Source: Squalus acanthias (taxonomy: Eukaryota). Taken from it: a stretch of DNA of 64,000 bases. Positions 13,126 to 24,972 of the stretch are shown here, piece by piece. Positions within the stretch are counted from its first letter, which is position 1, and every line of letters starts with the position of its first letter. Location of the stretch: the NCBI GenBank assembly GCA_030390025.1, contig JASTWF010000180.1:124001-188000 (forward strand). Reading direction: 5' to 3'. Made by a program: the position numbers and the translations under genes. Under the pieces are notes generated by a model that saw only the letters and a list, made by a program, of their open reading frames with translations, did no database searches and had not been told where the DNA came from.

Positions 13126-13725
13126 CACAGCTGCACAGCTCTGTGACCGTCCTGTTCAAAAACTGCAGCACACCACGTGTAACTAGAACAGTGTGTGGCC
13201 GGAATACCCGCCTGTGATGTTCTGAATCAGAACAATTACTGTCAGGAGAGAATATTCCCACCGGGCAGCTCCCAACAGCTCTGAATGCAGGAGTATGGTT
13301 TTAGATTTCATTCACTCTATAATGAGGGATGAGCAGGAGGAAACCCGCGCAGATTTAATAGGCCAACGGACCGTGTAATGTGTGTTCAATTTCAAGTTTC
13401 CCTCTTCACTGCCGCTGTGTTTCTTCATTTTCACACCCCTTAAACCAGCACAGAATTGTGCAGCTTTGCTTAGGTTTGGGTTTATATTCAAAGGGCTCTA
13501 AACCGTCCCTTTTTGAGCGTTTGTTTAATTTCTGTTGGTGTGTGACGGCTCAACGAGAGCAATAATTTCATTCTCCTGTAACATTCCTGTTTACACCGAG
13601 GTGTCCGCTCTGTGCGGGAGATTTCCTCTGGTCGCTACTTTTAGTGACATAGTGAACGCGTTCTAACAGAATGAATGACGATTCTACTGAACTAGCGATC
13701 AGACGAGATTTCCCGCTGTGTTTGG

Positions 13726-13891
13726 CTGTCTCTCAGGTCAATTAGAGATCAAGCTGTCTCTCAGGTCAATTAGAGATCAAGCTCACTCTGAGGTCATTTT
13801 GAGATTAAGCTTTCTCTCGGGTCAATTAGAGATCAAGCTGTCTCTCGGGTCAATTAGAGATCAAGCTATCTCTCAAGTCAATTAGAGATCA
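13726..13891. repeat. 28-bp tandem repeat (about 6 copies)
   Basis: CTGTCTCTCAGGTCAATTAGAGATCAAG units. Confidence 0.9.
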
Positions 13892-14726
13892 CTCTGTGTC
13901 TTTTTCCCATCTTTCTCGCTCTGATCAGCAGAATGAGACGTTAATTTCCCAGTTCTCTGAAATAAACTACTGGTTAAAGACTTGACATCAGACGAGCCCC
14001 AGTTGGCACTCTCATTTCTTTCTGATTGATGTTCTGCAGGAAGTGACATCAGACCAGCCCAACTGGAGCATTCATTTCATTCTTCTGTGACATACTACAC
14101 TGAACTATCCGCTCCGTCGGGTAGATTTCATCTGCTCGCTACTTCTAGTGACATAGTGGACGCATTCAAACAGAATGAATGACGATTCTACTGAACTAGC
14201 GATCAGAGGAGATTTCCCGCTGTGTTTGGGATGTCGCTAACACAGGGAGACCAGAGAAACTCTTCCCCTTGTTTATCCCCAGCAGAAGGTTAATCAAACC
14301 CGATCTCCTGTCAACCACCTCAGCCTGATTACTGACAGTGAGTGCGACAAACTGAACATCTTCATCTACATTCAAATAGTTTTTGTCACTTTGAGACTAC
14401 TTTCCTCAGAGATCAAACTATTTCTCAGGTCAGTTAGAGATCAAGCTGTCTCTTGTGGCAATTGGAGAGCAAACTGTCTCGGATCCGTTCGAGATCAAGA
14501 TTCTCTCAGCTCAATTATAAATTAAGCTGTCTCTTTTTATTATTATTTCTGGTTCTGATCAGCAGAATGTGACGTTTTGGTTGACACAGTTCTCTACAAT
14601 ATACACATACTTGTGGTTAAGGGAGTGACGTCAGACCAGACCCATCCGGCGCTCTCAGCTCTTTCTATTTGAGGTTCTGCAGGTTTCTGAGACCCAAAAA
14701 GTCCCTCGAATTACGGAGTAGCAGTC

Positions 14727-15771
14727 ATGCAGCTCTCCTTTCTCGCTGTGGTCTGGCTGACATTCATTTTCGGTGAGAAGTTAATAACTTCTAAAACGGT
14801 TTTTGAGGAATACAATTGAAAACCATAGAATTTGTGTTAGCCTTTGTTCAGACACTACTTGTACAGTGCACAGGTCTGGTCACCATATTATAGAAAAAGA
14901 ATGGCGGCACTGGCGAAGATTCAAAAAATTGCAAGGATGATACAAGAAGTGAGAAATTATAACTATCAGCAAAGACTAAGCAAGCTGGGGCTCTTTTCTT
15001 TAGAAAAGAGAAGGCTGAGAGGTGACCTGATAGAGATCTTTAAAATTATAAATGGTTTGATAGGATAGACGTAGAGAATATGTTTTTACTTGTGGGGAAT
15101 TCCAAAACTAGGGGCCAGCAATGTAACATAATCACAAAAATTCCAGTAGCGAATTCTTGAGAAACTTATTTACCCAGAGAGTGGTGAGAATGTGTAACCC
15201 GTTACCACAGGGGGTGGTTGAGACGAATAGCATAGATACAATTAAGTGGAGGCTGGATAAGTACATGAGGCAGAAAGGAGCAGAAAGATATGCTGATAGG
15301 GTTAGATGAGGGGTGGGTGGAGTATACACACGGATATAGATCAGTTGGCCGAATGGCCCTATTTCTGTGCAGTAAATTATTTTTAATATTATGTAAAACT
15401 CACTGTCAGTTGGTTCAGTTTGACCCTTTAACCGATAAATTCCGCTTTCTTTAACCGTGTGTTCCAGATTTGAGCGATGCAGATTCTGTTACTCAGCGGG
15501 AGCCCTCGCTCACACAGACAGAGGGAGAAGATGCCACTTTAACCTGCACCTATTCCGCCGATGGTTATTACTTGTTCTGGTACCGCCAATACCCATGCAG
15601 ACAGTCCGAATTTGCAGTCCAGACGCACACGGACGGCAGTTCTGAACATAAGGCGGATTTCGCTCAGGACCGTTTTTCTGATGCAGTCCAGCAGTCAGAC
15701 AAGTTGTACCGATTAACCATCTCGGGGCTGCGGCTGACTGACACCGCGATGTATTACTGTGCAGTGAGTCT
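14727..15771 (+). CDS. TCR alpha/delta-type V segment, family B copy 3 (open; weak RSS)
   Basis: Leader 14727-14772 (GTGAGA donor). V exon 15468-15771 is open, with an extra Cys in FR2 (YPCRQ). RSS CACAATG(15772)-23-TCAATAATT. Confidence 0.85.
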
Positions 15772-16109
15772 CACAATGATTTAACGAGCTAAAGCCTCAG
15801 TTCAATAATTGCCGCAGGTTTCTGGGTCACAGCTGCTGTCTATTGTGGACTGTTTATCACAGCGGGTCAGACACTGACTCGTGAATACATTCCTGAGCGC
15901 CAGATCCCGCTCAGAATCCACATAAAACTCATATAAAACCCTTCACATCGAATACTGATTCCGTCTGATTATTGCATTAACTGTGTGTGGGCAGAAATGG
16001 CTGCTGTTTATTTGTGTATCTCAGGGAACTCGCCAGTCCCATTGAGAATACACACACTTGCGAGTTACTGCAACTGGTTATATCGATGCACTGCTGCTTC
16101 GGATATAAC

Positions 16110-17375
16110 TTAAGAACATAATAACATAAGAAATAAGAGTCAGGAGTCGGCCATTTGGCCATTCAAGCCTGCTCCGCCATTCAATAAGATCATTGCTGAT
16201 CTTCTACCTCATCTCCACTTTCCTGCACTATCCGCATATCCCTTGATTCTCTTAATATTCAAAAATATTTCGAACTCTTTAATGGATATACTCAACAACT
16301 GAGCCTCCACAGACCTCTTGGGTAGAGAATCTAAAGATTCACCACCAACTGAGTAAAGAAATGTCTCCTCATCTCAGTCCTGAATGTCACCCCCTTATTT
16401 TGAGACTGTGATCCCTGGTTCTAGACTCCGCAGGCAGGGGAAACATCCGCCCAGCATCTACCCTGTCAAGCCCTGTAAGAATTTTGAATGTTTCAATGAG
16501 ATCACCTCTCATACTTCAAACTCTAGAGAATATAGGCCTAGTCTACTCAATCTCTCCTTATAGGACAATCCCCCCATCGCAGGAACCAGTCTGGTGAACC
16601 TTCGTTGTACTCCCTCTATGGCAAGTTTATCCTTCCTTAGGTAAGGGTATCAAAACTGTACACAGTACTGCAGGTGTGGTCTCATCAGGGCCCTATATAA
16701 TTGCAGTAAGACGTCTCTACTCTTCTGCTCAAATCCTCTTGTAATAAAGTTAAGATACCATTTGCTTTCCTAATTGCTTGCTGTTCCTGCATGTTAACTT
16801 TCTGTGATTCGTGTACAAGGACACCCAGGTTCCTCTGAACACCAACATTTCCCAATCTCTCACCATTTAAAAATACTCTGTTTTTCTATTTTTCCTACCA
16901 AACTGGCTAACTTCACATTTCTCCACTCTAATTGCATTTGCCATGTTCTTGCCTACTCACTTAGCCTGTCTATATCTCCTTGAAGCCTCCACACATCCTC
17001 CTCACAATTTACATTCCCACCCAGCTTTGTATCATCAGCAAACTTGGATATATTACATTTGGTCCCCTCATCCAAAGCATTGATTGAGATTGTGAATAAC
17101 GGAGCCACAAGCACTGATCCTTGCGGCTCCCCGCTAGTTACAGCCTGCCAATCCGAAAAGGACCCGTTTATTGCTACTCTCCCTTTTCTGTCCGTTAACC
17201 AATCCTCAATCCATGCTAGTATATTACCCCCGATCCCCTGAGCTCTAATTTTGTTTAGTAACCTCCTGTGTGGCACCTTATCGAATGCCTTCTCAAAATC
17301 CAAGTACACCACATCCACCGGTGCCCCCTTATCTATTCTGCTAGTAACAACGTCAAAAAACAGATTTGTCAAACA
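16110..17375 (-). mobile_element. CR1 LINE fragment
   Basis: ORF 16953-17390 has YLDFEKAFDKVPH and FADDTKLGG. Tail ACATAATAACATAAG at about 16116. Confidence 0.9.
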
Positions 17376-17628
17376 CGTAATCGATTTCAAAGTAATTTAA
17401 GAGAAAGGGGGGGGGGGCGGCGGAGGCTCAGGGTAATGTGGGCCGCTGAAAGACACACTCCGGTGACAATGAAATTGAAAATAAAGAAATAGCAGTTTTG
17501 CTGAATAATCATTTTGTATGGGTCTTCACATCTGCCCGCCGATATATCCGGCTTCAGCCGGCGAAGCATCTGATGTACAAATCGGAGTGAGTTTCTGTAC
17601 GAGGGTTTAACTGGTTTCCATCACTGTG

Positions 17629-18186
17629 AGTCTCAGGGAGCAGTAATCAACTGCAGTATCGGTCAGCTGCAGCCCCCAGATGGTTAAACTGGTGAATTTA
17701 GTGTTGCTGTCGAGTTGTGCTGAAAAACGGGTTTGGCCAAAATGTGTTTTATCTTCAGAACCGCTAACGTATTTAGTCAGAATAAACTCGCGCTGTGTTT
17801 CAGGGTGTTGCCAATACCATTATATATAATAGACGCCGCCCCATGTAGTATTATAGGTGCAGTTTAGAGTCACCGGTTCTCCTTCTGTCTTGACTCCCGA
17901 AGACAGCGGCTGAGTGCCAGAATCTCCAAGACTCAGATCTGAAAAACATGTTCAAACAGGAAACGATCAGACCGGCGGGTTTTTAAAATTCAGATTTAAT
18001 GAATGTAAGAAATGAGAGTAAAGATATAACGTGTGTTGTTCACCATCATCATCATCAACATCATTTTACTAACATAATAATAACATCTGGGTTACAGCAG
18101 TCAGGGGGAGAATGGGTTTTTACTGGAAGCAAATACTTACTTAGAAGTGACATAATGATGAGGTGCGGTCCGAGACGGTTCCACAT
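17629..18186 (-). pseudogene. TCR alpha/delta-type V segment, family C copy 1 (stop before conserved Trp)
   Basis: Leader 18141-18186 (MWNRLGPHLIIMSLL). V exon 17629-17938 has TAA at 17820-17822 and DYC instead of YYC. RSS CACAGTG(17622-17628)-23-ACAGAAACT. Confidence 0.88.
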
Positions 18187-19493
18187 GACGCTCCCTGAGT
18201 CTGTAACTCTGCAGTCCGGGAAATCCCCTGTCGGAGCAGAAATACAGATCCCCGCCCCACAGCACTGCGGATCCAACCAATGCTAAAGAGGGAACAGCGG
18301 AAACAATCTCTCCAATAACACAGGGCTGGCAATGCGGGTCAGAGCGAGAGCAGCAAACGGAAGCTGTGGGCGGGGCTGCCGCGGGCAGTGATGTCACAGG
18401 CAGGATCCATCTGTAAGAAACTGTCGCACTGTCCTCACTTACTCTGACAATGATCCCTTTCTACTTTCTTTGAATGAAACCATCCCAATGAAACAAATCC
18501 CAGCACTTATGACCTGCCGCTGGCGGATGTGCGAGTGTTTTAATCAGCACCCTGTCCCAGTGCCTGACTTCAGTGACATCTAGCAGAGTGTCAGACAGTT
18601 CATGCATTAAAACATATCCCGCAATATTATTTTAAATTGAACTGTTGAAGGAGAACAGGGTAGCACGGGTTCAAACTGTAAAATGTAATTATAAGACAAT
18701 ATCTTCTTCACACATGGAAAGTGGTGAATGTATGAAACAAGATTGCGGATAGAGTGGTGGAGGAACATGCCTAAGTATCATTTAAGGAAAAGTTTGAGGC
18801 CACATTAAGACTGGGAGGTAGTATCTCTCTGGATCGATGTGACAATACGGGCCGAATGGTTTCCATCATTCCGATTGATCTTGTAAACTGGAACAAGGCA
18901 GGTGTTGTACCATGTAGTTACATGTAGTGGCCACCAGAGGACAGTGGGAGTATGTGTTCACTTGGTTTCACTGTCGGGGCTCGTCACAGACTGAAAACGT
19001 TGTTCAGTAAATTTATTGAAGAAAAGGCATTAAAGAAACAATTCAGAAACAAAGGCATTGCTTTGAAATTGATCTCTGTGTGTTTATGGTTTATTACCAT
19101 TTTTATTGAGGTTTATCGATGTTATTATTACTGTTGATATGTTGTAAATATTAGCAAGAAAAGTCCACACTCCATCCTTGTAGGGAAGGAGACGGGTTCA
19201 AAATATCAAGGCAGATTTTAGGACTGGTATCCGGAAATTCTTCTTCACACACAACTTTATCAATGTGTGGAATAAACTTCCAGTTAGAATGGGGGAGGCA
19301 ATACATTGGAATCATTAGATGTTACAACGGAAGGCGAGAGAAAGGATCTCTCTGGATGACGGAGCCATCCCGAGAAGAAGCAAGTAGCTCAGCTCATTTG
19401 TCATTAGCTCGTGAACTGCAACGTTTCGGGAATTGGCGTCACAAATTGCACCACGCAATTACCAGTATTCGAGACAAGAGGGCAGTGTGAAAC

Positions 19494-20232
19494 TGTGAGC
19501 GGCCCGGTGTGAGCTCAGAGACAGTGTGAGCTGGTGTCAGTGAGAAACACTGAGTGTGAGCGGCCCGGTGTGAGCTCAGAGACAGTGTGAGCTGGTGTCA
19601 GTGAGAAACACTGAGTGTGGGCGGCCCGGTGTGAGCGCAGAGACAGTGTGAGCTGGTGTCAGTGAGAAACACTGAGTGTGAGCGGCCCGGTGTGAGCTCA
19701 GAGACAGTGTGAGCTGGTGTAAGTGAGAAACACTGAGTGTGAGCGGCCCGGTGTGAGTTCAGAGACAGTGTGAGCTGGTGTCAGTGAGAAACACTGACTG
19801 TGGTCGGACCGGTGTGAGCTCAGAGACAGTGTGAGCTGGTGTCAGTGAAACATTGAGTGTGGGCGGCCCGGTATGTGTTCAGAGACGGTGTGAGCTGGTG
19901 TCAGTGAGAAACACTGAGTGTGGGCGGCCGGTGTGAGTTCAGAGACAGTGCGAGCTGGTGTCAGTGAAACACTGAGTGTGGGCGGCCTGGTGAGAGTTCA
20001 GAGACAGTGTGAGCTGGTGTCAGTGAGAAATACTGAGTGTGGGAGGCCCGGTGTGAGCTCAGAGACAGTGTGTGCTGGTCTCAGTGAGAAATACTGAGTG
20101 TGGGAGGCCCGGTGTGAGCTCAGAGACAGTGTGTGCTGGTGTTAGTGATAAACACTGAGTGTGGGCGTCCCGGTGTGAGCTCAGAGACAATGTGGGCTGG
20201 CGTCACTGAGAAACACTGAGTGTGGGCCGCCC
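19494..20232. repeat. 61-bp minisatellite (about 12 copies) upstream of family-D V
   Basis: Unit GTGTGAGCGGCCCGGTGTGAGCTCAGAGACAGTGTGAGCTGGTGTCAGTGAGAAACACTGA. Confidence 0.95.
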
Positions 20233-20405
20233 GGGCTGGGTAATCCCCGAGACTGAGCTTGTTTCGTAAGTTAGACAGGAAGAAGTCTCTGAGTGAAGCG
20301 GGAGTTTGTCTCTTTGTTAATGCTGCTGAATATAATATCGGTGTCCTGGCTCTAACCAAACCTTCGTGTGAAACATTTTCAGCCTCCTATTCATCTGATT
20401 GAATA

Positions 20406-20739
20406 ATGCTCCGGATTTACAGAGTTTCACTGCTGATTTACACTCTGATCTGCACGGATGTGAGCGGTGAAGGTGAGGTGACGCAGCTCCCTCGGCGGGT
20501 GGTTGTTCGTGAAGAGAGAATCGTGTCCAACAACTGCACCACTATCGCTGCGTTTAGCGTCGTGCGCTGGTACAGACAGAACCAGGATCAGACCCTCCAG
20601 CACCTGGTGATGGCCACAAGCGGGGCCGATCAACACGGGAGGATCACTGCTTCAATCGGGGGAGGCAATAAACTCAGTGCCCTGACTGTGAGAGCCGCGC
20701 GAGTGACAGACAGCGCCACCTATCTCTGCGCCGTGAGCC
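20406..20739 (+). CDS. TCR alpha/delta-type V segment, family D copy 1, leader fused to V with no intron
   Basis: Single ORF MLRIYRVSLLIYTLICTDVSG-EGEVTQ...C...WYRQ...DSATYLCAVS. RSS CACAGTG(20740)-23-ACAGAAACC(20770-20778). Confidence 0.9.
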
Positions 20740-21575
20740 CACAGTGTAACAAACAGGCGGAGAGTCCGCACAGAAACCTGCCCCGAGGGGGAGCGCCGCT
20801 CTGCTGTGTTTGGAATAACGGGATTGGTAGGGGACCGGCTATAATAAATGGCGGGTAGAGGGAAAGAACACAGAAAAATTAAGAAATATAGAAGATAAAG
20901 ATTTGAAGAAAGTCAGAAATGAAGAGAGTTGGAAAAATACAGTAGAAAAGAAAGAGAAAACGAAAGAAAGAATGAGAGAGAGAAGGAGAAAAAGCAGTGT
21001 AATAATGAGAGTGTAGAGGAGAGCAAATTAGGAAAGATGGGAAAGAGAGATGAAAGAAAGTGAGAAATAACGAGCGAGAAACACAAAGCTAAAAGGTAAG
21101 AGAAAACAATAAAGAAAGAGATTGAAAAATACAGTAAAATGCCCTTTCATTTAAACTCATTCATATTTCCTTCCCCCTATGTACACGGCTGGATTGTCTA
21201 TCACGTCTCTCCCAATAACAGGCCGCTGGAATCTTCCCCTCAGAGACTCACACTTTATTCTGTCCATTATCCTGACAGTTTAAAATTCTCAGAGTCAGCG
21301 CCAGAGGGCGCCGTGGTCACTTGATTTCCGCCGTTCTTAGCTGGAAATTATAGAGACAAATCTTGCGGTAATACTGCCCGCGGCCGCCCCGCCCACAGCT
21401 TCCGTTTGCTGCTCACGCTCTGACTCGCCTTGCCTGCACTGTGCTATTGGAGAGATTGCTGCCGCTGTTCCTTCTTCGGTATTGGTTGGATCAGCAGTGC
21501 AGTGGGGCGGGGATCTGTATTTCTTCTCGAACAGAGGATATCCCGGACTACAGAGTTACAGACTCAGGGAGCATC

Positions 21576-22073
21576 ATGCGGAACCGACTCGCACCGCTCC
21601 TCATCGTTATATCACTTCTCAGTAAGTATTTCCTCACCAGTAAAAATACATTTTCCCCCTGACTTCTGTAACCCAGATGTTACTATTGGTAAAATGATGA
21701 TGATTCTGTTGATTGAGGTGCTGGTGTTGATAGTGATGATGATTATGACTATTACTATTTTTTATGTTAGAATGGAGCCACCAAGACACCATGGAACAGC
21801 CGGTACCTGAATTGACGGTTGAGGAGGAAAGTCATGTCACACTAACCTGCACCTTGGAAGCAAGCGACAGAAGCCATTACTTGTTCTGGTACAGTCAACA
21901 ACCCGGGAAGCTTCCACAGTACGTGATTCGTCTGATCGGAGGGATAGTAAAGCGGAACCCCGACTTCACTGATCGATTTAATTCTACGTTTAATGCAAGT
22001 ACCAAGATTACCGAGCTAACGATCGGCAAAGCCCTGATCTCCGACACCGCCGTGTATTTCTGTGCCATGAGCC
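21576..22073 (+). CDS. TCR alpha/delta-type V segment, family E (apparently functional; 24-nt RSS spacer)
   Basis: Leader 21576-21621 (MRNRLAPLLIVISLL, GTAAGT donor). V exon 21771-22073 is open, ending DTAVYFCAMS. RSS CACAATG(22074)-24-ACAAAAACC(22105-22113). Confidence 0.9.
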
Positions 22074-22137
22074 CACAATGCCACAGAGATATAGAGGATC
22101 CCGTACAAAAACCCACACTGAGAGTTGAAGTTAGTGC

Positions 22138-22151
22138 TCACCAGAGGGCGC
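22138..22151 (+). promoter_or_regulatory. CTCF-binding motif about 25 bp downstream of the family-E RSS
   Basis: TCACCAGAGGGCGC matches the CCASYAGRKGGCRS consensus. Conserved at about 46499. Confidence 0.65.
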
Positions 22152-22239
22152 TCTCACTCCGCGAAACGGAAGCGATAATTCAGCCTCCACAATGAGAAGC
22201 TGAAGGACCTTCTTTAAAGGGCTGCAAAACACAAAACTC

Positions 22240-22625
22240 AACATGTCACCGCTTTTCATTCTGTCTTGATTCCTGAGCACAGTCGCCAAGTGACAGAATC
22301 TCATGACTGAGATCTGAAACCATGTTCAACATTGATCCATCATTATCATCATCAACAAAATCACTTTACCAAGAATAACACTTGTGTTACAGCAGTCAGA
22401 GGAACAATGGTAAGTTTACTGGCAAAGTAATATCACTGACGAGTGATATAATGATGAGGAGCGGAGCGTGTCGGTTCCGCATGATGCTCTATTTGTCTGT
22501 AACGCTACAGACCGGGAAATCCTCTGTCGGAGCACAAATGCAGTACCTCTGCTGCACTGCACTGCTGGTCACACCAATGACAAACAGAGAACAGCAGCGC
22601 CAAACTCTCCAATAACACAGGGCAG
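22240..22625 (-). pseudogene. Family-C V relic (promoter, leader and FR1 only)
   Basis: Homologous to 42995-43430. Donor destroyed, V truncated before the first Cys. A similar relic lies at about 46605-46830. Confidence 0.7.
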
Positions 22626-22629
22626 CCAA

Positions 22630-22970
22630 TGCTATGGGCCCCAACAATATCCGGGCTGTTGTCCTGAAGACTTGTGCTCCAGAACTGGCCACGCCTCTTA
22701 CCAATCTGTTGCAGTACAGCTGCAGCTCTGGCAACTACCCAACAATGTAGAAAATTGCCCAGGTATGTCCTGCCCACAAAAAGTAGGACAAATCCAATTC
22801 GGCCAATTACCACCCCATCAGTCTACTCACTCATCAGCAAAGTGATGGAAGGTGTCGTCGGCAGTGCTATCAAGCGGCAGTTACTCATCAATAACCTGCT
22901 CATTTATGCTCAGTTTGGTTTCCTCGAGGAATACTCGGCTCGCGACCACATTACAGCCTTGTTCCAAACA
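22630..22970 (+). mobile_element. Internal fragment of the same LINE family as 11446-12920
   Basis: VLKTCAPELA, KIAQVCP, LISKVMEGVV and AQFGF remnants. Confidence 0.8.
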
Positions 22971-22989
22971 TAAACTAGAAAAAAAAACT

Positions 22990-24430
22990 CGCCCTGAAAG
23001 AGAAAATTTCATTCACTTTGCTTCCAATTTCCACCCTTCCCTCACCATCACATGGGCCATCTCCGACTCTTCCCTTCCCTTCCTCGACTTCTCTGTCTCC
23101 ATCTCCTGGTATTGGCAAACAACCACTACAGGCCCACTGACTCCCACAGCTACATGGACTACACTTACTCCCACCCCGCTTCCCGTAATGACTCTATTCC
23201 ATTCTCCCAGTTTCTCTGTCCCCGCCGCATCTGCTCTGACGATGCCACCTTCCATACTGGTGCTTCCGACATGTCAACCTTTTTTCCTCAACCAAGGATT
23301 TCACTCTACTCTGGTTGAAACGGCCCTTGACTGTGACCGTTCTCTTTCCCGCACTTCTGCTGTCACCCCTTCCCCTCCCTCCCGGAACCACGATTGGGTT
23401 CCCCTTGTCCTCACCTTTCAACCCACCGGCCTCCACATTCAACGGATCAGCCTCTGCCAGTTCCGCCACCTCCAGCGTGATCCCACCACCAAACACTTCT
23501 TCCCCTCGCCTCCCCTTTCAGCATTCTGACAGGTTCGCTCCCTCCGCGACACCCTAGTCCACTCCTCTATCCCCAACACCCCTTCCGGCAGCTTCCCGTG
23601 CAAGCGCAGGAGATGCAACACATGCCCATTTACCTCCACGTTCCCACTGTCCAGGGGCCCAAACATTCCTTTCAGGTGAATCAGCGATTTACTTGTCCTT
23701 CTTATAATTTAATATACTATATTCGCTGCTCACGATGCGCTCTCCTCTACATTGGGGAGACCAAACGCAGATTGGGTGACCGCTTTGCAGAAAAACCCCG
23801 TTCACTCCGTAAGGGTAACCCCGAGCTTCCGGTCGCCTGTCACTTTAATTCTCCGCTCCTCTCCCACTCTGACTCTCTGTCCTCGGCCTCTTATACTATT
23901 CCAATGAAGCTCAACGTAAGCTCGAGGACCAGCACCTCATCTTCCGATGAGGCATTTTTCAGCCTTCTGGACTCAACATAGAGTTCAACAATTTCAGATC
24001 ATATCCTCTGCCCCTATCCTTTTGCTCCCATTTTTTCTGTCTCTCTCCCACATGGCAGCTATTTTTCATTCTGCCAGTGCCATTTGCACTTCATCTAGAG
24101 CCATCTTTTGTCTCTTTACTTATCCCATTACCATTTCCTTTTGCCTTACACCATCTCTTAAACTCTCTTATTGTCTCTTAATCTCTCCTGCCTTCCATCC
24201 TATCACAGACCTTCCCGTTTGTTCTTTTCTCCCCTCCCCCCTTACCCTGCCCCGACACTTGCTTAAAATTTGTTACGAATCCAGCTTTTTCCAGTTCTGA
24301 CGAAGGGTCATCGACGTGAAACTTTAACTCTGTTTCTCTCTCCACAGGTGCTGCCTGACCTGCTGAGTATTTCCAGTATTTTCTGTTTTTATTTCAGATT
24401 GCCAGCATTCGCAATATTTTGCTTTTGTAT
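22990..24430 (+). mobile_element. Penelope-like element (RT C-terminus, GIY-YIG endonuclease, 3' pseudo-LTR)
   Basis: LPFLD; YRPTDSHSY.DY; NLIYYIRCSRCALLYIGETKRRLGDRF (CxxC plus GIY-YIG). Hammerhead-like motif at 24293-24329. Confidence 0.9.
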
Positions 24431-24972
24431 TAAATAATGACCGGGATTAATCAGCTCCAATCTAGAGGTTTGAGACACAATATCTGGCACACGTTTTATT
24501 TCATATATGATCAAAAAACCCCAATCCGCTCAATGGCCTTATTCTAAATCGGATTGAACAAAATCCGCCATCAGAGGGCGCCAAACTAAAGCATGGAAAT
24601 TAGAAAGCCACGTGATGCAACACCAAAGCCAGTAACGATCGAAGCCTGAGTGAGGTCACAATGGGTCCGTGGGTGGAACAATGAGCTGAACAGGCCTCGG
24701 GTTACCGCTCTCCTTCTCAATCTCTGCCTCACTTCATTCCAAGAGATATAATCAGCTATGTTTCTCATAATACTAGCGGCTGTGATGGACACTGAGTGCT
24801 GGATTATATTTAACAATCACACGTCAGCAGATTGATGAAAAGAGTTTGCTCAGGGAATCAGAAATATCCATATAATGGACAGTTGGGTACATGGGAAGTT
24901 ACTCTCAGAGAGATAGACGCAAGTTTAACTCGATTCTGTATAACCTCCTGTTCTTCTGTTCCCCTATCTTAG

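Noticed and set aside
19494-20232. CRISPR-like or RSS-array interpretation of the 61-bp repeat
   Set aside because: Contiguous tandem units without spacers, eukaryotic context, and no heptamer-12/23-nonamer match.
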